From contig JACPBX010000003.1 in assembly GCA_016180085.1 (NCBI GenBank), positions 64,001 to 128,000 of the forward strand: 64,000 nt of DNA, written 5' to 3'. The translations under genes were made by a program, and so were the position numbers. Below, in pieces: positions 9,128 to 17,931 of this stretch. The notes beneath the pieces were generated by a model. It made no database searches and had not been told where the DNA came from. It saw nothing but the letters and a program-made list of their open reading frames with translations. The DNA comes from Candidatus Woesearchaeota archaeon. GTDB lineage: Archaea; Nanobdellota; Nanobdellia; Woesearchaeales; UBA10216. How positions within the stretch are numbered: the first letter of the stretch is position 1; each line of letters starts with the position of its first letter.

Positions 9128-11128
9128 GCCGCTATAGCTATTGACAAAGTCAGGACCGCTCTTAACGACTCCTGCATAGTCTTTTTGCATGGACTTAGCA
9201 CTACCCAATATCGTACTGGTTATATTAAACGGCTCGGAATTTGACACTCTCGGATGGCCCACAATAATTACGACATCCGCGTCCGAACTGCTTGCCGGCT
9301 CAACAAAAGTGCTGATGTATTCCTTTATAAGCTCGTTCAGGATGGAGAAAGAGGGGTCCAGCCGGACATCAACGTATGCCTTGATTGGCTTTACAGCAGC
9401 CCTGAAAACGTAGTTGTTTGTCTCGTCATCCTCCTTAACTGCGTCGTTAGAGTCCACGTATATGTGCAGGAAATCAGTTGATGCTATACTGCTTAAAGTG
9501 AATGAGGCGTTTTTTTCAGAACCTGCAGTTAACGAAATAGTTGTTGATTTGCTTTCCTTTGTGACGCCTTCTTCGTCCAGTCTATAAACCGTAACTTGCA
9601 CATTAGACGTTACGCTGGAAGAATGAACTGTAACGTTCACCCCCTTACTTGTTATGTTAACACAAACATCACTCTGCGTAATGTAAAGATCATTTTTGGG
9701 GCTGCACTTGGTGCATTCGAAGTATAGAAAATCAACGTCTCCATTACTGTCTATTTGTGTTGTTTTGGCGTCACAAACAGTGCTGTTATCAGAACACTTT
9801 ACAGTAACGTTCTGGTCAGAGCTACATGTGACATTAAGGTTCAGTATCCTTTGGCCGAGGCTGTCAGTAGTGCCGTTATAGGTGGCATTCCAGTAAACGT
9901 TAAGGCCTGAAAGTGGAGCCCCGCTGCTGTCCTCGGTAAGCATTTCTATTGAGCCTGTGCAGTAGGTGGGTGGTCCTTTGCAGTAGCCGGAAGTACACAG
10001 GATGCCGCCATCATCATTCCAGCAGTCGCTGTCTTGGGAGCAAGGCTGGCCAACTGCTTTTTTGCATGGTAAAGCTGGAGTAGTGGGGTTCGTTGTGACA
10101 TTTTCATCATGGTCTGAGTCACAAACATAGCTTGGTCCTGCCTTTACAGCGCACGAAAGCATAGCATTGGTATAAAACACGCTATCCGTATATCCTCCAC
10201 CGCCGCAAGTCCTGTTGGTATACTTAAACTGCTGATAGTAATTGTTGCTGCCATCATTTACGCAAACGTGCTTCTCATCAGTCGCCCAGCCGCCGCAATT
10301 GCCAGAATAGCAATCTGCGTTTTGAGTGCAGATATGGTTTACCGTAGAGCCATCTTGGAGTGTGCACGGCACCGGGATACTTCCCGTTCTCGTAGTTACT
10401 TCCTGGTCGTCATGAGGTGTATGCGCGGTATTTGGGTCGCAAACAGTATTCTGTTTAAAATTCAGGCAGCTTAAGTCACTCTTAATGTTTTTCCAGTCAG
10501 TAGCACCTGAACCGTTTTTTCCCTCTAAATCGTAATTATCTGTGCCTGCCTTGTTGTTGTCAGCCTCCTCAGTAGCACTTGCATCACAATCATACTTTTG
10601 AGGATTAACAACCCAAAAGCTAACTTTAACCAACGAATCTGAATGCATATCACTTTCTGAATTGTCGCAATCGTAATAGACCGTTGCGTTCACGTCACTT
10701 TTCTGAATATTTGACGTATCAACTCCACTACAGCCGTCACATACTCTTTGCGGGACATCAACTCCTTCCTTGCAATTCGCTTCGATATCGCAACTGGCTT
10801 TATTGGCATCGTTCATGTTTTGGGGAATTGAGAAAGAATCACAATCATTTACCCCACAACTCGAACCACAGCCATTCGAATCGTAATAGCAGTTGTCGAA
10901 TGTTCCGTCATTGTTCCAGTCTAGGCAAACAAAGTCGGCAGAGGCACCAGCAATACCGTTCACTTCAAAGGCTATGTCATCATCAGTCCAAATAACACCA
11001 TCATCTAACCCTGCCCCATTCACAGCCCAATCATCATAATAGTCAATTATAGGTAAAGCCACTGCAAAAAGTGGCAATAGTAACATAAGCAAAGAAAAGT
11101 TCAAAATACTAAAGGCTGCCTTGTTCAT
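7685..11128 (-). CDS. Large secreted multidomain protein: Cys/Asp-rich N-terminus, CARDB domain, C-terminal alpha/beta-hydrolase (lipase-like)
   Basis: Signal peptide MNKAAFSILNFSLLMLLLPLFAVA. Many Cys modules (e.g. PCSQDSDCW...CTSGYC). CARDB end VDSNDAVKEDDETNN. DYVGFSLGCS nucleophile, TDGIV acid and RYH His. Start moved to ATG 11128, 1 nt after the upstream TGA. Confidence 0.85.
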   Translation of the reverse strand: MNKAAFSILNFSLLMLLLPLFAVALPIIDYYDDWAVNGAGLDDGVIWTDDDIAFEVNGIAGASADFVCLDWNNDGTFDNCYYDSNGCGSSCGVNDCDSFSIPQNMNDANKASCDIEANCKEGVDVPQRVCDGCSGVDTSNIQKSDVNATVYYDCDNSESDMHSDSLVKVSFWVVNPQKYDCDASATEEADNNKAGTDNYDLEGKNGSGATDWKNIKSDLSCLNFKQNTVCDPNTAHTPHDDQEVTTRTGSIPVPCTLQDGSTVNHICTQNADCYSGNCGGWATDEKHVCVNDGSNNYYQQFKYTNRTCGGGGYTDSVFYTNAMLSCAVKAGPSYVCDSDHDENVTTNPTTPALPCKKAVGQPCSQDSDCWNDDGGILCTSGYCKGPPTYCTGSIEMLTEDSSGAPLSGLNVYWNATYNGTTDSLGQRILNLNVTCSSDQNVTVKCSDNSTVCDAKTTQIDSNGDVDFLYFECTKCSPKNDLYITQSDVCVNITSKGVNVTVHSSSVTSNVQVTVYRLDEEGVTKESKSTTISLTAGSEKNASFTLSSIASTDFLHIYVDSNDAVKEDDETNNYVFRAAVKPIKAYVDVRLDPSFSILNELIKEYISTFVEPASSSDADVVIIVGHPRVSNSEPFNITSTILGSAKSMQKDYAGVVKSGPDFVNSYSGKPEILAYGNKIQGDVAAVKRLINARNIFLNKGAYSKYFTVYVDDYDTLGISVMDLMTRNETKLHMRNNNITLANDVRKILFDNNFEVAVKPVKTLSSTSYGNSTILRVKNVNSDFSANYRNATGISDKPVVLSRGIHSNLFSWQDFARELTGEGFDAWLIEMVGGPYTDDTSADGCGSNCPNYTFNDLRDFYWPASIAGIQKYSGKNKIDYVGFSLGCSAALESLEAHQTGKNNTGYYFDYDTGQYKFTNLSPYPVDTFVGIGCPGNFTKLASLTWLLKESESSFGIIQDLKDQGKKHVTMANLVVELGKNVDKLTASPPSYFPFTKPKELLLYLAGQGADSLGPKMSIHVYEEFLSWINDPNKPKLGHNVVLNNTLLIQGKLDTILIPLQYPFYLKAPHPLGQNTDGIVANADIAEACSNINSSNKWYASFDNRYHTFIPPVLPDDRVVKNLIKSFLKSQTVSENGLFGTNGKNNCNMI

Positions 11129-11129
11129 T

Positions 11130-11786
11130 TCATTCACTTGTGCGGTTAATGCTTTCTCTATGGACTTTCATCCTTTCCCACCGAGCAAACGTCCCTTTTT
11201 TGATGCACTCATTAGCTGAGCAGGAATCACATTCTTCAACCTGGCCGTAATCTGTGCCGTTACAATAAAGCCAATGCAGGTTTCCATCAACGCATTCGTA
11301 ATGGTCGGCAAGGCTGCATTCATGATCAGAGCCTACGTAGAATGTATCTATGTTGGAATTAATAACGCCATCTAAGTCTTTGAAATTTCCTCTATGCCTA
11401 GTAAGCCATCCAGAAACGTAACTCGTTCCACCAGAAGCAAGGTAAACATCCTCCCCATTTACCTTTAAATGGGTGCCTTGCTGAGTTACAGGTTCAATAA
11501 GCTCTACTGAAAGCTCATGTTTTTCAGGTCCCGTCAATTTTTCAAAAACCTGTGATGTTCTGTTCATTGACAGAAGAACACCGGTAACGTGTTTAACTCT
11601 CTCTTCATAAGCGATATGTGATAAGCTCTTTTCTCCCGTCGCTAACCTGTTCACGATTTCTTGGATTTCAGTAGCATTCGCAAAAACAAGATAGCTGAGA
11701 AAAGTCAAGCTAACTACAAGCGCAATCAAAAGAACAAATAATTGTTTTTTAACTTTAACCGCCCCATTTAAATATGGCTGCTTCAA
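11130..11786 (-). CDS. Secreted or membrane-anchored hypothetical protein with a Cys-rich C-terminal module
   Basis: N-terminal hydrophobic helix (LFVLLIALVVSLTFLSYLVFA) and C-terminal C-x7-C...C...C-x2-C-x4-C. The start is uncertain (TTG at 11786). Confidence 0.7.
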   Translation of the reverse strand: MKQPYLNGAVKVKKQLFVLLIALVVSLTFLSYLVFANATEIQEIVNRLATGEKSLSHIAYEERVKHVTGVLLSMNRTSQVFEKLTGPEKHELSVELIEPVTQQGTHLKVNGEDVYLASGGTSYVSGWLTRHRGNFKDLDGVINSNIDTFYVGSDHECSLADHYECVDGNLHWLYCNGTDYGQVEECDSCSANECIKKGTFARWERMKVHRESINRTSE

Positions 11787-11824
11787 CAGCCAAATCCCAA
11801 CTTCAAGCTAACCGACAATGTTGA

Positions 11825-11840
11825 CTATTTAAACCTTTGC
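11825..11840 (-). promoter_or_regulatory. Archaeal BRE/TATA promoter driving the surface-protein/hydrolase block
   Basis: Minus strand GCAAAGGTTTAAATAG upstream of 11786. Confidence 0.65.
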
Positions 11841-11849
11841 GTGGCTTCC

Positions 11850-11900
11850 GGAAGTTTTCCGACGAGAAATGGAAGTTTTTCAAAGCATTTCCGTAGTTTT
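11850..11900. repeat. Three phased 9-bp direct repeats with an exact 21-bp period
   Basis: GGAAGTTTT at 11850, GGAAGTTTT at 11871 and CGTAGTTTT at 11892. The first overlaps the palindrome CTTCCGGAAG (11845-11854). Confidence 0.55.
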
Positions 11901-11924
11901 TTGGCTGCTGGTGATTCGTCTTAG

Positions 11925-13034
11925 CTACGGCTTAAAGCTGCGCACCGCAGCTGCAACAGCCTCAATCTCTTCGTTTGTGAGTTCAGGGAACATTGGGAGC
12001 GATAGCACCTCTGCGGCTGCTTTTTCCGCAACAGGGTATCTTTGGCTGTTGTATTCTGAGTAGGCCTTTTGCTTGTGTATGGGTATCGGATAGTGTATCA
12101 GCGTGTCTATTCCTTTTGCCTTCAAATGCTGCTGGAGCCTGTCCCTCTGTTTGCTCCTTATTACGTAAAGGTAATATGCGTGTTTTCCGTATTTGGCCTC
12201 CATTGGCATTATCACATCAGCCTTGGAAAGTGCGCTGTTGTATTCAGTTGCTATTTGCCTTTTTTTCTCCACCCACCTGTCAAGGTGCTTCAGCTTTACG
12301 AGCAGGATGGCTGCCTGCAGCTCGTCGAGCCTGCTGTTGAAGCCTTTGGTTATGTGCTCGTATTTCTTCTTCTCCCCGTAGTTCCTTAACAGGAAAGAGT
12401 TCTCGGCAATCTCGCCGTTGTTCGTGACTATAGCCCCGGCGTCTCCATATGCCCCAAGGTTTTTCGTCGGGTAGAAGCTGTAGCAGGCAACATCGCCAAG
12501 AACTTCCCTTTTGCCCTTGTATTCTGCGCCGTGGCTCTGGGCAGCGTCTTCCACAACTATTATGTTGCGTTTCTCGGCTATCTCCATTATGGGGCCCATA
12601 TCTGCGTATTGGCCATACATGTGCACCGGAATAACGGCTTTTGTTTTTGCAGTTATTGCTGCCTCTATTTTCTCAGGGTCTATGCAGTAAGTGTCTTCCC
12701 TGGCGTCCACAAATACCGGCTTTGCGCCGCAGTAGCTTGCTGCGAGGGCGGTTGCTATGAATGTGTGCGCAGGCACTATCACCTCATCACCTGGACCTAC
12801 GCCTGCTGCCCTGAGCGCTATGTGCAGTGCCTCTGTGCCTGAGCCCACGCTTATGCACTGTTTCGCTTTGGCATACTTTGCGAAGGCTTTTTCGAATTCC
12901 TCAACCTTCTCTCCTAGTATGAACCTGCCTTTTTCCAGCACTTCGCTTATTGCAGCGTCTATCTCGCGCTTTATGCTGTGGTATTGCCTTTTCAGGTCCA
13001 GAAACGGCACAAATACAGACTCATGTTTTCTCAT
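11925..13034 (-). CDS. DegT/DnrJ/EryC1/StrS family PLP-dependent sugar aminotransferase (FdtB/WbpE-like)
   Basis: VPFLDLKRQY, SGTEALHIAL, EDAAQSHGA, SFYPTKNLGAYGDAG (PLP Lys), NSRLDELQAA. Confidence 0.95.
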   Translation of the reverse strand: MRKHESVFVPFLDLKRQYHSIKREIDAAISEVLEKGRFILGEKVEEFEKAFAKYAKAKQCISVGSGTEALHIALRAAGVGPGDEVIVPAHTFIATALAASYCGAKPVFVDAREDTYCIDPEKIEAAITAKTKAVIPVHMYGQYADMGPIMEIAEKRNIIVVEDAAQSHGAEYKGKREVLGDVACYSFYPTKNLGAYGDAGAIVTNNGEIAENSFLLRNYGEKKKYEHITKGFNSRLDELQAAILLVKLKHLDRWVEKKRQIATEYNSALSKADVIMPMEAKYGKHAYYLYVIRSKQRDRLQQHLKAKGIDTLIHYPIPIHKQKAYSEYNSQRYPVAEKAAAEVLSLPMFPELTNEEIEAVAAAVRSFKP

Positions 13035-13660
13035 TTGCTTTTGCCGTTTTTGTGTTTTTCGTACACCGGCTTTCCATATTCGTCTTTTAGGCCGTATATG
13101 CTGCAGACAGGCTTTGCCGGGTTTCCGAAGGCTACGGTCTCCTTTGGTATGTCTTTTGTGACCACGCTTCCGCTGCCAACAAGCGCCCTTTCGCCAATTG
13201 TCACGCCAGGCAAAATCGTCACGTTGGCCCCTATTTGCGCCCCTTTTTTTATCCTGGGTCCGTCCTTTCCGGCAATTTCAGGCGTGCTTAGCCTGCTGCC
13301 TGGGTATTTGTCGTTGGTTGTCACTGTGCCTGGCCCTATGAACACGCCATCCTCTATGGCTGTGCCCTGGGCTATGTAGCAGTTGCAGTGCACCTTTACG
13401 TTATCCCCGATTTTGCAGCCATAATCCACAACAGAGTTGTTCCACAGCCTGAAATTTTTTCCTATGGCGTTCTCTTCCCTTATTACAGAGTTGTGGCCTA
13501 TTATCAGCCCATCGCCTATCTTCACGCCCTCATACACGATGCTGCTGCTTAGAAATTTTGCGTTCTTCCCTATCCGGGCTGTTTTGTCTTTTACGCTTCT
13601 CAGGCTTTTTTCACCTATGGCTGCGTTGCTGCCGATTTTCCATGTAGGGTCAGTTTTCAT
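13031..13660 (-). CDS. Hexapeptide-repeat sugar N-/O-acyltransferase (WbpD-like)
   Basis: Left-handed beta-helix repeats; IGPGTVTTND, IGANVTILPGVTIGERALVGSGSVVTKDIP. Confidence 0.9.
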   Translation of the reverse strand: MKTDPTWKIGSNAAIGEKSLRSVKDKTARIGKNAKFLSSSIVYEGVKIGDGLIIGHNSVIREENAIGKNFRLWNNSVVDYGCKIGDNVKVHCNCYIAQGTAIEDGVFIGPGTVTTNDKYPGSRLSTPEIAGKDGPRIKKGAQIGANVTILPGVTIGERALVGSGSVVTKDIPKETVAFGNPAKPVCSIYGLKDEYGKPVYEKHKNGKSK

Positions 13661-13676
13661 TTCCTTGCTACCAAGG

Positions 13677-14669
13677 CTACCAGTAATGGTGCCTGTTTTG
13701 CCTATAAAAAGTGATTGTTGCCTTTATGCCCTGTGCCAGGGCTGTTTTTGGCTTCCATTGCAGCAGCTTTTTTATTTTAGTGATGTCTGCAACAAAGTTT
13801 CCCGGCTCAAGTTGTTTTGTTTCGTTTGGGTATGGGATGAATTTGTAGCTTCCGCTTCCATTTGCTTTTATCACTTCCTTTGCAAGCTCGGCAAAGCTTG
13901 TGCCTTTTCCTGTTGCCACGTTGAGCACTTCGCCAGCCGATTTCCCGTTCTCGGCTGCTGCCATGGTTGCTATGAAAGCGTCGCAGCAGTCTTCAACGTA
14001 AAGGTAATCCCTCAGCGTTTTCCCGTCGCCCATGACTGTTATGGGCATGCCTTCCATGGCAAGCCTTATGAACCAGTTTACCACGCCGTACGGCTTCCGC
14101 ATCTGGTGCCTTGGGCCGTATGTGTTCGTTATCCTGAGGCAGCAGGTTTTTATGCCGTGAAGCCTGTTGTACATGAGCATCATCTGCTCTGCCGCCAGGC
14201 TTGTTATGGCGTACATCCCAAGCGGCTTTGTGGGGAATTCCTCTGTTACAGGAAGCCCTCCAGCAGCCCCGTACTGCGCCCTTGTGCCTGAGTAAATAAT
14301 CGTTGCTGTGTCGTTGTTTTTCCTGCATTCCTCGAGTAGCGTCAGTGTCCCGTTGCACCTTATGTCCAGGTCCTCAAAAGGCAGCTCCACGCTCCTGTGG
14401 TGGTCCACTTGCCCTGCAAGGTGGAAGATGACGTCCTTCCCTTTAACAGCCTCTGCAACTATTTTCTTATCCCTGACATCACCGGTTATGACCTTTATTT
14501 TATCCTTGACTTTCTGGATGTTGAATTCGTTGCCTCCCAAGCCGGGTATCAGCGCGTCAATTACTGTTACATCTGCGCCGAGCTTTGCCAGCTGCATTGC
14601 CAGGCTGCTTCCTATGAAGCCCAGGCCGCCTGTTATCAGGGCCTTTTTGCCTTTGAGGCTTTTTTGCAT
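13677..14669 (-). CDS. NAD-dependent nucleotide-sugar epimerase/dehydratase
   Basis: ITGGLGFIGS Rossmann motif, HLAGQ, YAITS at the usual YxxxK position (Lys is replaced), RITNTYGP. Confidence 0.9.
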   Translation of the reverse strand: MQKSLKGKKALITGGLGFIGSSLAMQLAKLGADVTVIDALIPGLGGNEFNIQKVKDKIKVITGDVRDKKIVAEAVKGKDVIFHLAGQVDHHRSVELPFEDLDIRCNGTLTLLEECRKNNDTATIIYSGTRAQYGAAGGLPVTEEFPTKPLGMYAITSLAAEQMMLMYNRLHGIKTCCLRITNTYGPRHQMRKPYGVVNWFIRLAMEGMPITVMGDGKTLRDYLYVEDCCDAFIATMAAAENGKSAGEVLNVATGKGTSFAELAKEVIKANGSGSYKFIPYPNETKQLEPGNFVADITKIKKLLQWKPKTALAQGIKATITFYRQNRHHYW

Positions 14670-14672
14670 GCC

Positions 14673-15818
14673 CTATTGCACCCTTGCAGGATTTTTAAAC
14701 GTTGCCCTGATTGCAGTGTTCAGCTTTTTCCCAAGGCTTTGCCATGTGAAGTCTGCCAGCATTTTCCTGTAATTCACCTTTTCCATGCCCAACGCAGCTT
14801 CAATCTTTGTTGCCATGTCGCCAGCGTCATTCGGCCTGCAAATAAGCTGCTCATAGCCCTTCAGCACCTTGCGCATCTCTCCCACGTCTGTGCACACGAT
14901 TGGCTTGTCAAGCGCCATGTAGTCCATGAGCTTGTATGGCGTGTACATGACCCTTGTGAATTCGTTGTCTTCATAAGCAACAACCAGCACGTCTGAGGCG
15001 TTGAGGTAATATAGCAGCGCTTTGTATGGCACAGAGGCAACTGTGATTATCCTTCCGCCCGAGGCATCCGCGGCCCTTGAGTATTTGTTTTTCACTTCAT
15101 TCCCGATGAGCATCAGCATGGCATTTTTGTTTCTCTCCCTGACGGTGTTGAATGCCTTTATGAGCGTGTCTATTCCTGCGCCCCTTACCCCTCCGCTGTA
15201 TGTTATTATCTTGTCATTCAGTGGCAGGTCGGTTAGTTTCCTGCATTCTTCCTGAGGCAGCGGCTTGTACAGCTGCAGGTCTATCCCGTTTGGTATTGTA
15301 ACTACAGGCCCTCGCCCTTTCCTTGCCTTAAGCGCCGCATGCGCAAGGATATTGCTCGCGCACGTCACCATGCTGCTTTTCCTCATTACGTGGTTATTTA
15401 CAAGCCTGCTGGCAAGCTTCTGGATAATGCCTGTTTTCAGCAGCGGGAAATTGCCGAACTCGTATGTTTCGTAGTTGTCCCTCACGTCATAGACAACCGG
15501 CCTTTTTTTCGCTGCAGCAATTGCAACCAGCCCCAAAAGCGGGTGCGAGGTTGCAACTATAATCTCGTTTTCAGCCGCCATCCTTTTTGCGGCAGCAAGG
15601 AAATTTGTTATGCTCGCTATGGCGAAAGGGCATATCTCGACCTTCATTCCGTTGAGTTTCTTTGTAGCCTTTTCTTTCTTGGCTTGGTCGGCGCACAGGA
15701 TTGTTACCTGGTGGCCGAGCCTTTGCAGCTCTGACGCCAGCCTGACTTCCCTCCCGAAGTTCTCCTCTATCTGGTCCTTGCCGGAGGAGAACCTTTTCAT
15801 CACGACGAGTATTTTCAT
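14673..15818 (-). CDS. Glycosyltransferase family 4 (GT-B)
   Basis: TIPNGID, YLNASDVLV, PYKLMDYMALDKPIVCTDVG. Confidence 0.9.
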   Translation of the reverse strand: MKILVVMKRFSSGKDQIEENFGREVRLASELQRLGHQVTILCADQAKKEKATKKLNGMKVEICPFAIASITNFLAAAKRMAAENEIIVATSHPLLGLVAIAAAKKRPVVYDVRDNYETYEFGNFPLLKTGIIQKLASRLVNNHVMRKSSMVTCASNILAHAALKARKGRGPVVTIPNGIDLQLYKPLPQEECRKLTDLPLNDKIITYSGGVRGAGIDTLIKAFNTVRERNKNAMLMLIGNEVKNKYSRAADASGGRIITVASVPYKALLYYLNASDVLVVAYEDNEFTRVMYTPYKLMDYMALDKPIVCTDVGEMRKVLKGYEQLICRPNDAGDMATKIEAALGMEKVNYRKMLADFTWQSLGKKLNTAIRATFKNPARVQ

Positions 15819-15856
15819 ATTCTCACATTCTCATGTGGCGGTTGTGTGCCAGAATC

Positions 15857-15872
15857 GTATTTAAAGGTTTGG
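15857..15872 (-). promoter_or_regulatory. Archaeal BRE/TATA promoter
   Basis: Minus strand CCAAACCTTTAAATAC upstream of 15818. Confidence 0.6.
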
Positions 15873-15882
15873 TAGAACGGGT

Positions 15883-16164
15883 CTAATGGTTCTTTTCTGC
15901 CTTCCCTGTTGTTTTGCCGTAATGGTACTTCATAAGTATCAGAGTGATATTTAACGCAATGCCTGCTATGTTTGCGGCTATTATGACTATATCTTTCTTG
16001 CTGATGCCGTAACTAAGCCAAAGGCTCATTCCCAAAGTAAGCGATGCGTTCATCAGGTATGATAAGTCCCCGAGGTGTTTTGTTTTGTAGCCCTTTATTA
16101 TCTGCGGCACAAAGCCGAATGTCGTTAGTATTCCGGCTGCAAACCCGACGATTTCCCAGTTCAT
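15883..16164 (-). CDS. SemiSWEET (PQ-loop/MtN3) sugar transporter
   Basis: 93 aa with 3 TM helices; IVGFAAGILTTFGFVPQIIK, WLSYG and AANI motifs. Confidence 0.9.
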   Translation of the reverse strand: MNWEIVGFAAGILTTFGFVPQIIKGYKTKHLGDLSYLMNASLTLGMSLWLSYGISKKDIVIIAANIAGIALNITLILMKYHYGKTTGKAEKNH

Positions 16165-17147
16165 TCTTCTTCCAGCTTTTTAATAAAATCTCTGTACCAC
16201 TGCACCGTTTCCTTCAACCCTTCGTCAAGCTTAAACCTTGGTTTCCATCCAAGCACTTTTCCGGCCTTTGTCCAGTCAAGGTATTGCTCCTGAAGCTCGT
16301 TTTTCGCCTCGTTGAGTATTTGTGGCTCCAGGTTTTTCCCGGCAGCAGCAATAATTTTTTTTACCAGTTCCAACACACTAACCGGCTGCTCAGTCCCGAA
16401 GTTGAATGCCTCGCCAGCCACTTCTTCCTTGTCAAGCTGCTCTGCAAGCGTAATGTAGGCGGCCACAACGTCAAGGACGTAAATGTAATCCCGTATTGGA
16501 GTGCCATCGCTGCGGATTATCGGGCTTTCATTGTTCAGCACGGCCTTTATCGTGCCGGGGATTATCCTGCTCCAGTTCAAATCCCCCCCGCCATAGATGT
16601 TGCCGCATCTTGTAACGGCAACCGGCAGGCCGTAAGTCTTTGCGTATGCCCTTGCAAGCATGTCTGTGCAGCTCTTCGACACTTCGTAAGGGGTTAATCC
16701 GTTCAGGCAGAAGTCTTCCATGTACGGCAGCTTTTCATGCTTCCCATATGCCTTGTCGCTTGACGCAACCACGGTTCTTTTTACGCCGAGCTGCCTGCAT
16801 GCCTCGAGCACGTTCCATGTTCCTTTTATGTTTGTCTCGAAAGTTTGCAGCGGGGATTTGTTTGCCACTCCAACTATAGCCTGGGCAGCCAGGTGGAAGC
16901 AAACCTCTGCGCCGGTCTCTTTCATCGCCTTCTCAACAGCATTGTAGTCCTCTATGGTTCCCTTGACCGTGTTAACCTGGTCAGCTACTCCAATGAACTC
17001 AAGGCTTGAGCCCTTGACTGGGTCACGGATTATGCATGTGACGTTTGCTTCCTTTTTCACGAGGTCGCTGACAAGCCAGCTTCCCACAAAGCCATTCCCG
17101 CCTGTTACGAACACGTTCCTGTCTTTCCAGTCAAAAGTCATTTTCAT
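16161..17147 (-). CDS. rfbG: CDP-glucose 4,6-dehydratase-like NAD-dependent dehydratase
   Basis: VTGGNGFVGSW, HLAAQAIV, SSDKAYG, PYEVSK, RCGNIYGGGD; directly downstream of the RfbF homolog. Start moved to ATG 17147. Confidence 0.7.
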   Translation of the reverse strand: MKMTFDWKDRNVFVTGGNGFVGSWLVSDLVKKEANVTCIIRDPVKGSSLEFIGVADQVNTVKGTIEDYNAVEKAMKETGAEVCFHLAAQAIVGVANKSPLQTFETNIKGTWNVLEACRQLGVKRTVVASSDKAYGKHEKLPYMEDFCLNGLTPYEVSKSCTDMLARAYAKTYGLPVAVTRCGNIYGGGDLNWSRIIPGTIKAVLNNESPIIRSDGTPIRDYIYVLDVVAAYITLAEQLDKEEVAGEAFNFGTEQPVSVLELVKKIIAAAGKNLEPQILNEAKNELQEQYLDWTKAGKVLGWKPRFKLDEGLKETVQWYRDFIKKLEEE

Positions 17148-17154
17148 CTTGTTT

Positions 17155-17919
17155 TTATTTCCACACCTTCCACGGCGCCCCTTTTTCCCACAGCTCGTTG
17201 AAGCTCTGGTAATCCTTGAACGTGTCCATGCACTGCCAGAAGCCGTCAAACTGGTAAGCCGCTATTTCTTTTTTTGCAGCCAGTGTTTCAAACGGCTTCT
17301 GCTCGAGGATGTCATTCTCTCCAAGGCAGCTGAAAATCTCTTTCTTGAAAACAAAAAAACCGCCGTTTATCCAGTAGTCGAGCTTCGGCTTCTCCTTGAA
17401 GCTCGTTACCGAGCTGTCGTCAATTTCGACTATGCCGAACTGGGAGTATGGCCTAAGGCAGGTTATCGTGGCTATTTTTCCTTTCTTCTTATGGAATTCC
17501 AGAAGCTCCGGTATGTTTATGTCCGCCAAGCCATCGCCGTATGTTGCGAAGAAGTCCTCGCCTGCAGGTATGTATTTTTCTATTTTCTTAAGCCTGCCGC
17601 CTGTGTTTGTTTCAGTTCCCGTATCTGCGAATGTGATGTTCCAGTCCTCTTCGTCGCTTGCGTGGGTTACCCTTTTCTTCTCTTTCAGGTTCATTGTAAA
17701 GTCTGCTGCCTTCCACTCTTCTTCGATGAAGTATTTTTTTATCATGTCGCCCTTATAGCCGAGGCAGAGGATAAAGTCCTTATAGCCGTAATGAGCATAA
17801 GTCTTCATTATGTGCCACAGTATCGGCTTGTCACCGATTGGAGCCAGCGGCTTTGGTATCTCTTCAGGGTATTCCCTGAACCTTGTCCCCTTCCCTCCGC
17901 ACAATATGACGACTTTCAT
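17155..17919 (-). CDS. rfbF: Glucose-1-phosphate cytidylyltransferase
   Basis: ILCGGKGTR, IGDKPILWHIMK, DTGTETNTGGRLK, TYGDGLADINI, WQCMDT, WKVWK. Confidence 0.92.
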   Translation of the reverse strand: MKVVILCGGKGTRFREYPEEIPKPLAPIGDKPILWHIMKTYAHYGYKDFILCLGYKGDMIKKYFIEEEWKAADFTMNLKEKKRVTHASDEEDWNITFADTGTETNTGGRLKKIEKYIPAGEDFFATYGDGLADINIPELLEFHKKKGKIATITCLRPYSQFGIVEIDDSSVTSFKEKPKLDYWINGGFFVFKKEIFSCLGENDILEQKPFETLAAKKEIAAYQFDGFWQCMDTFKDYQSFNELWEKGAPWKVWK

Positions 17920-17931
17920 CTTTTTGATTTT

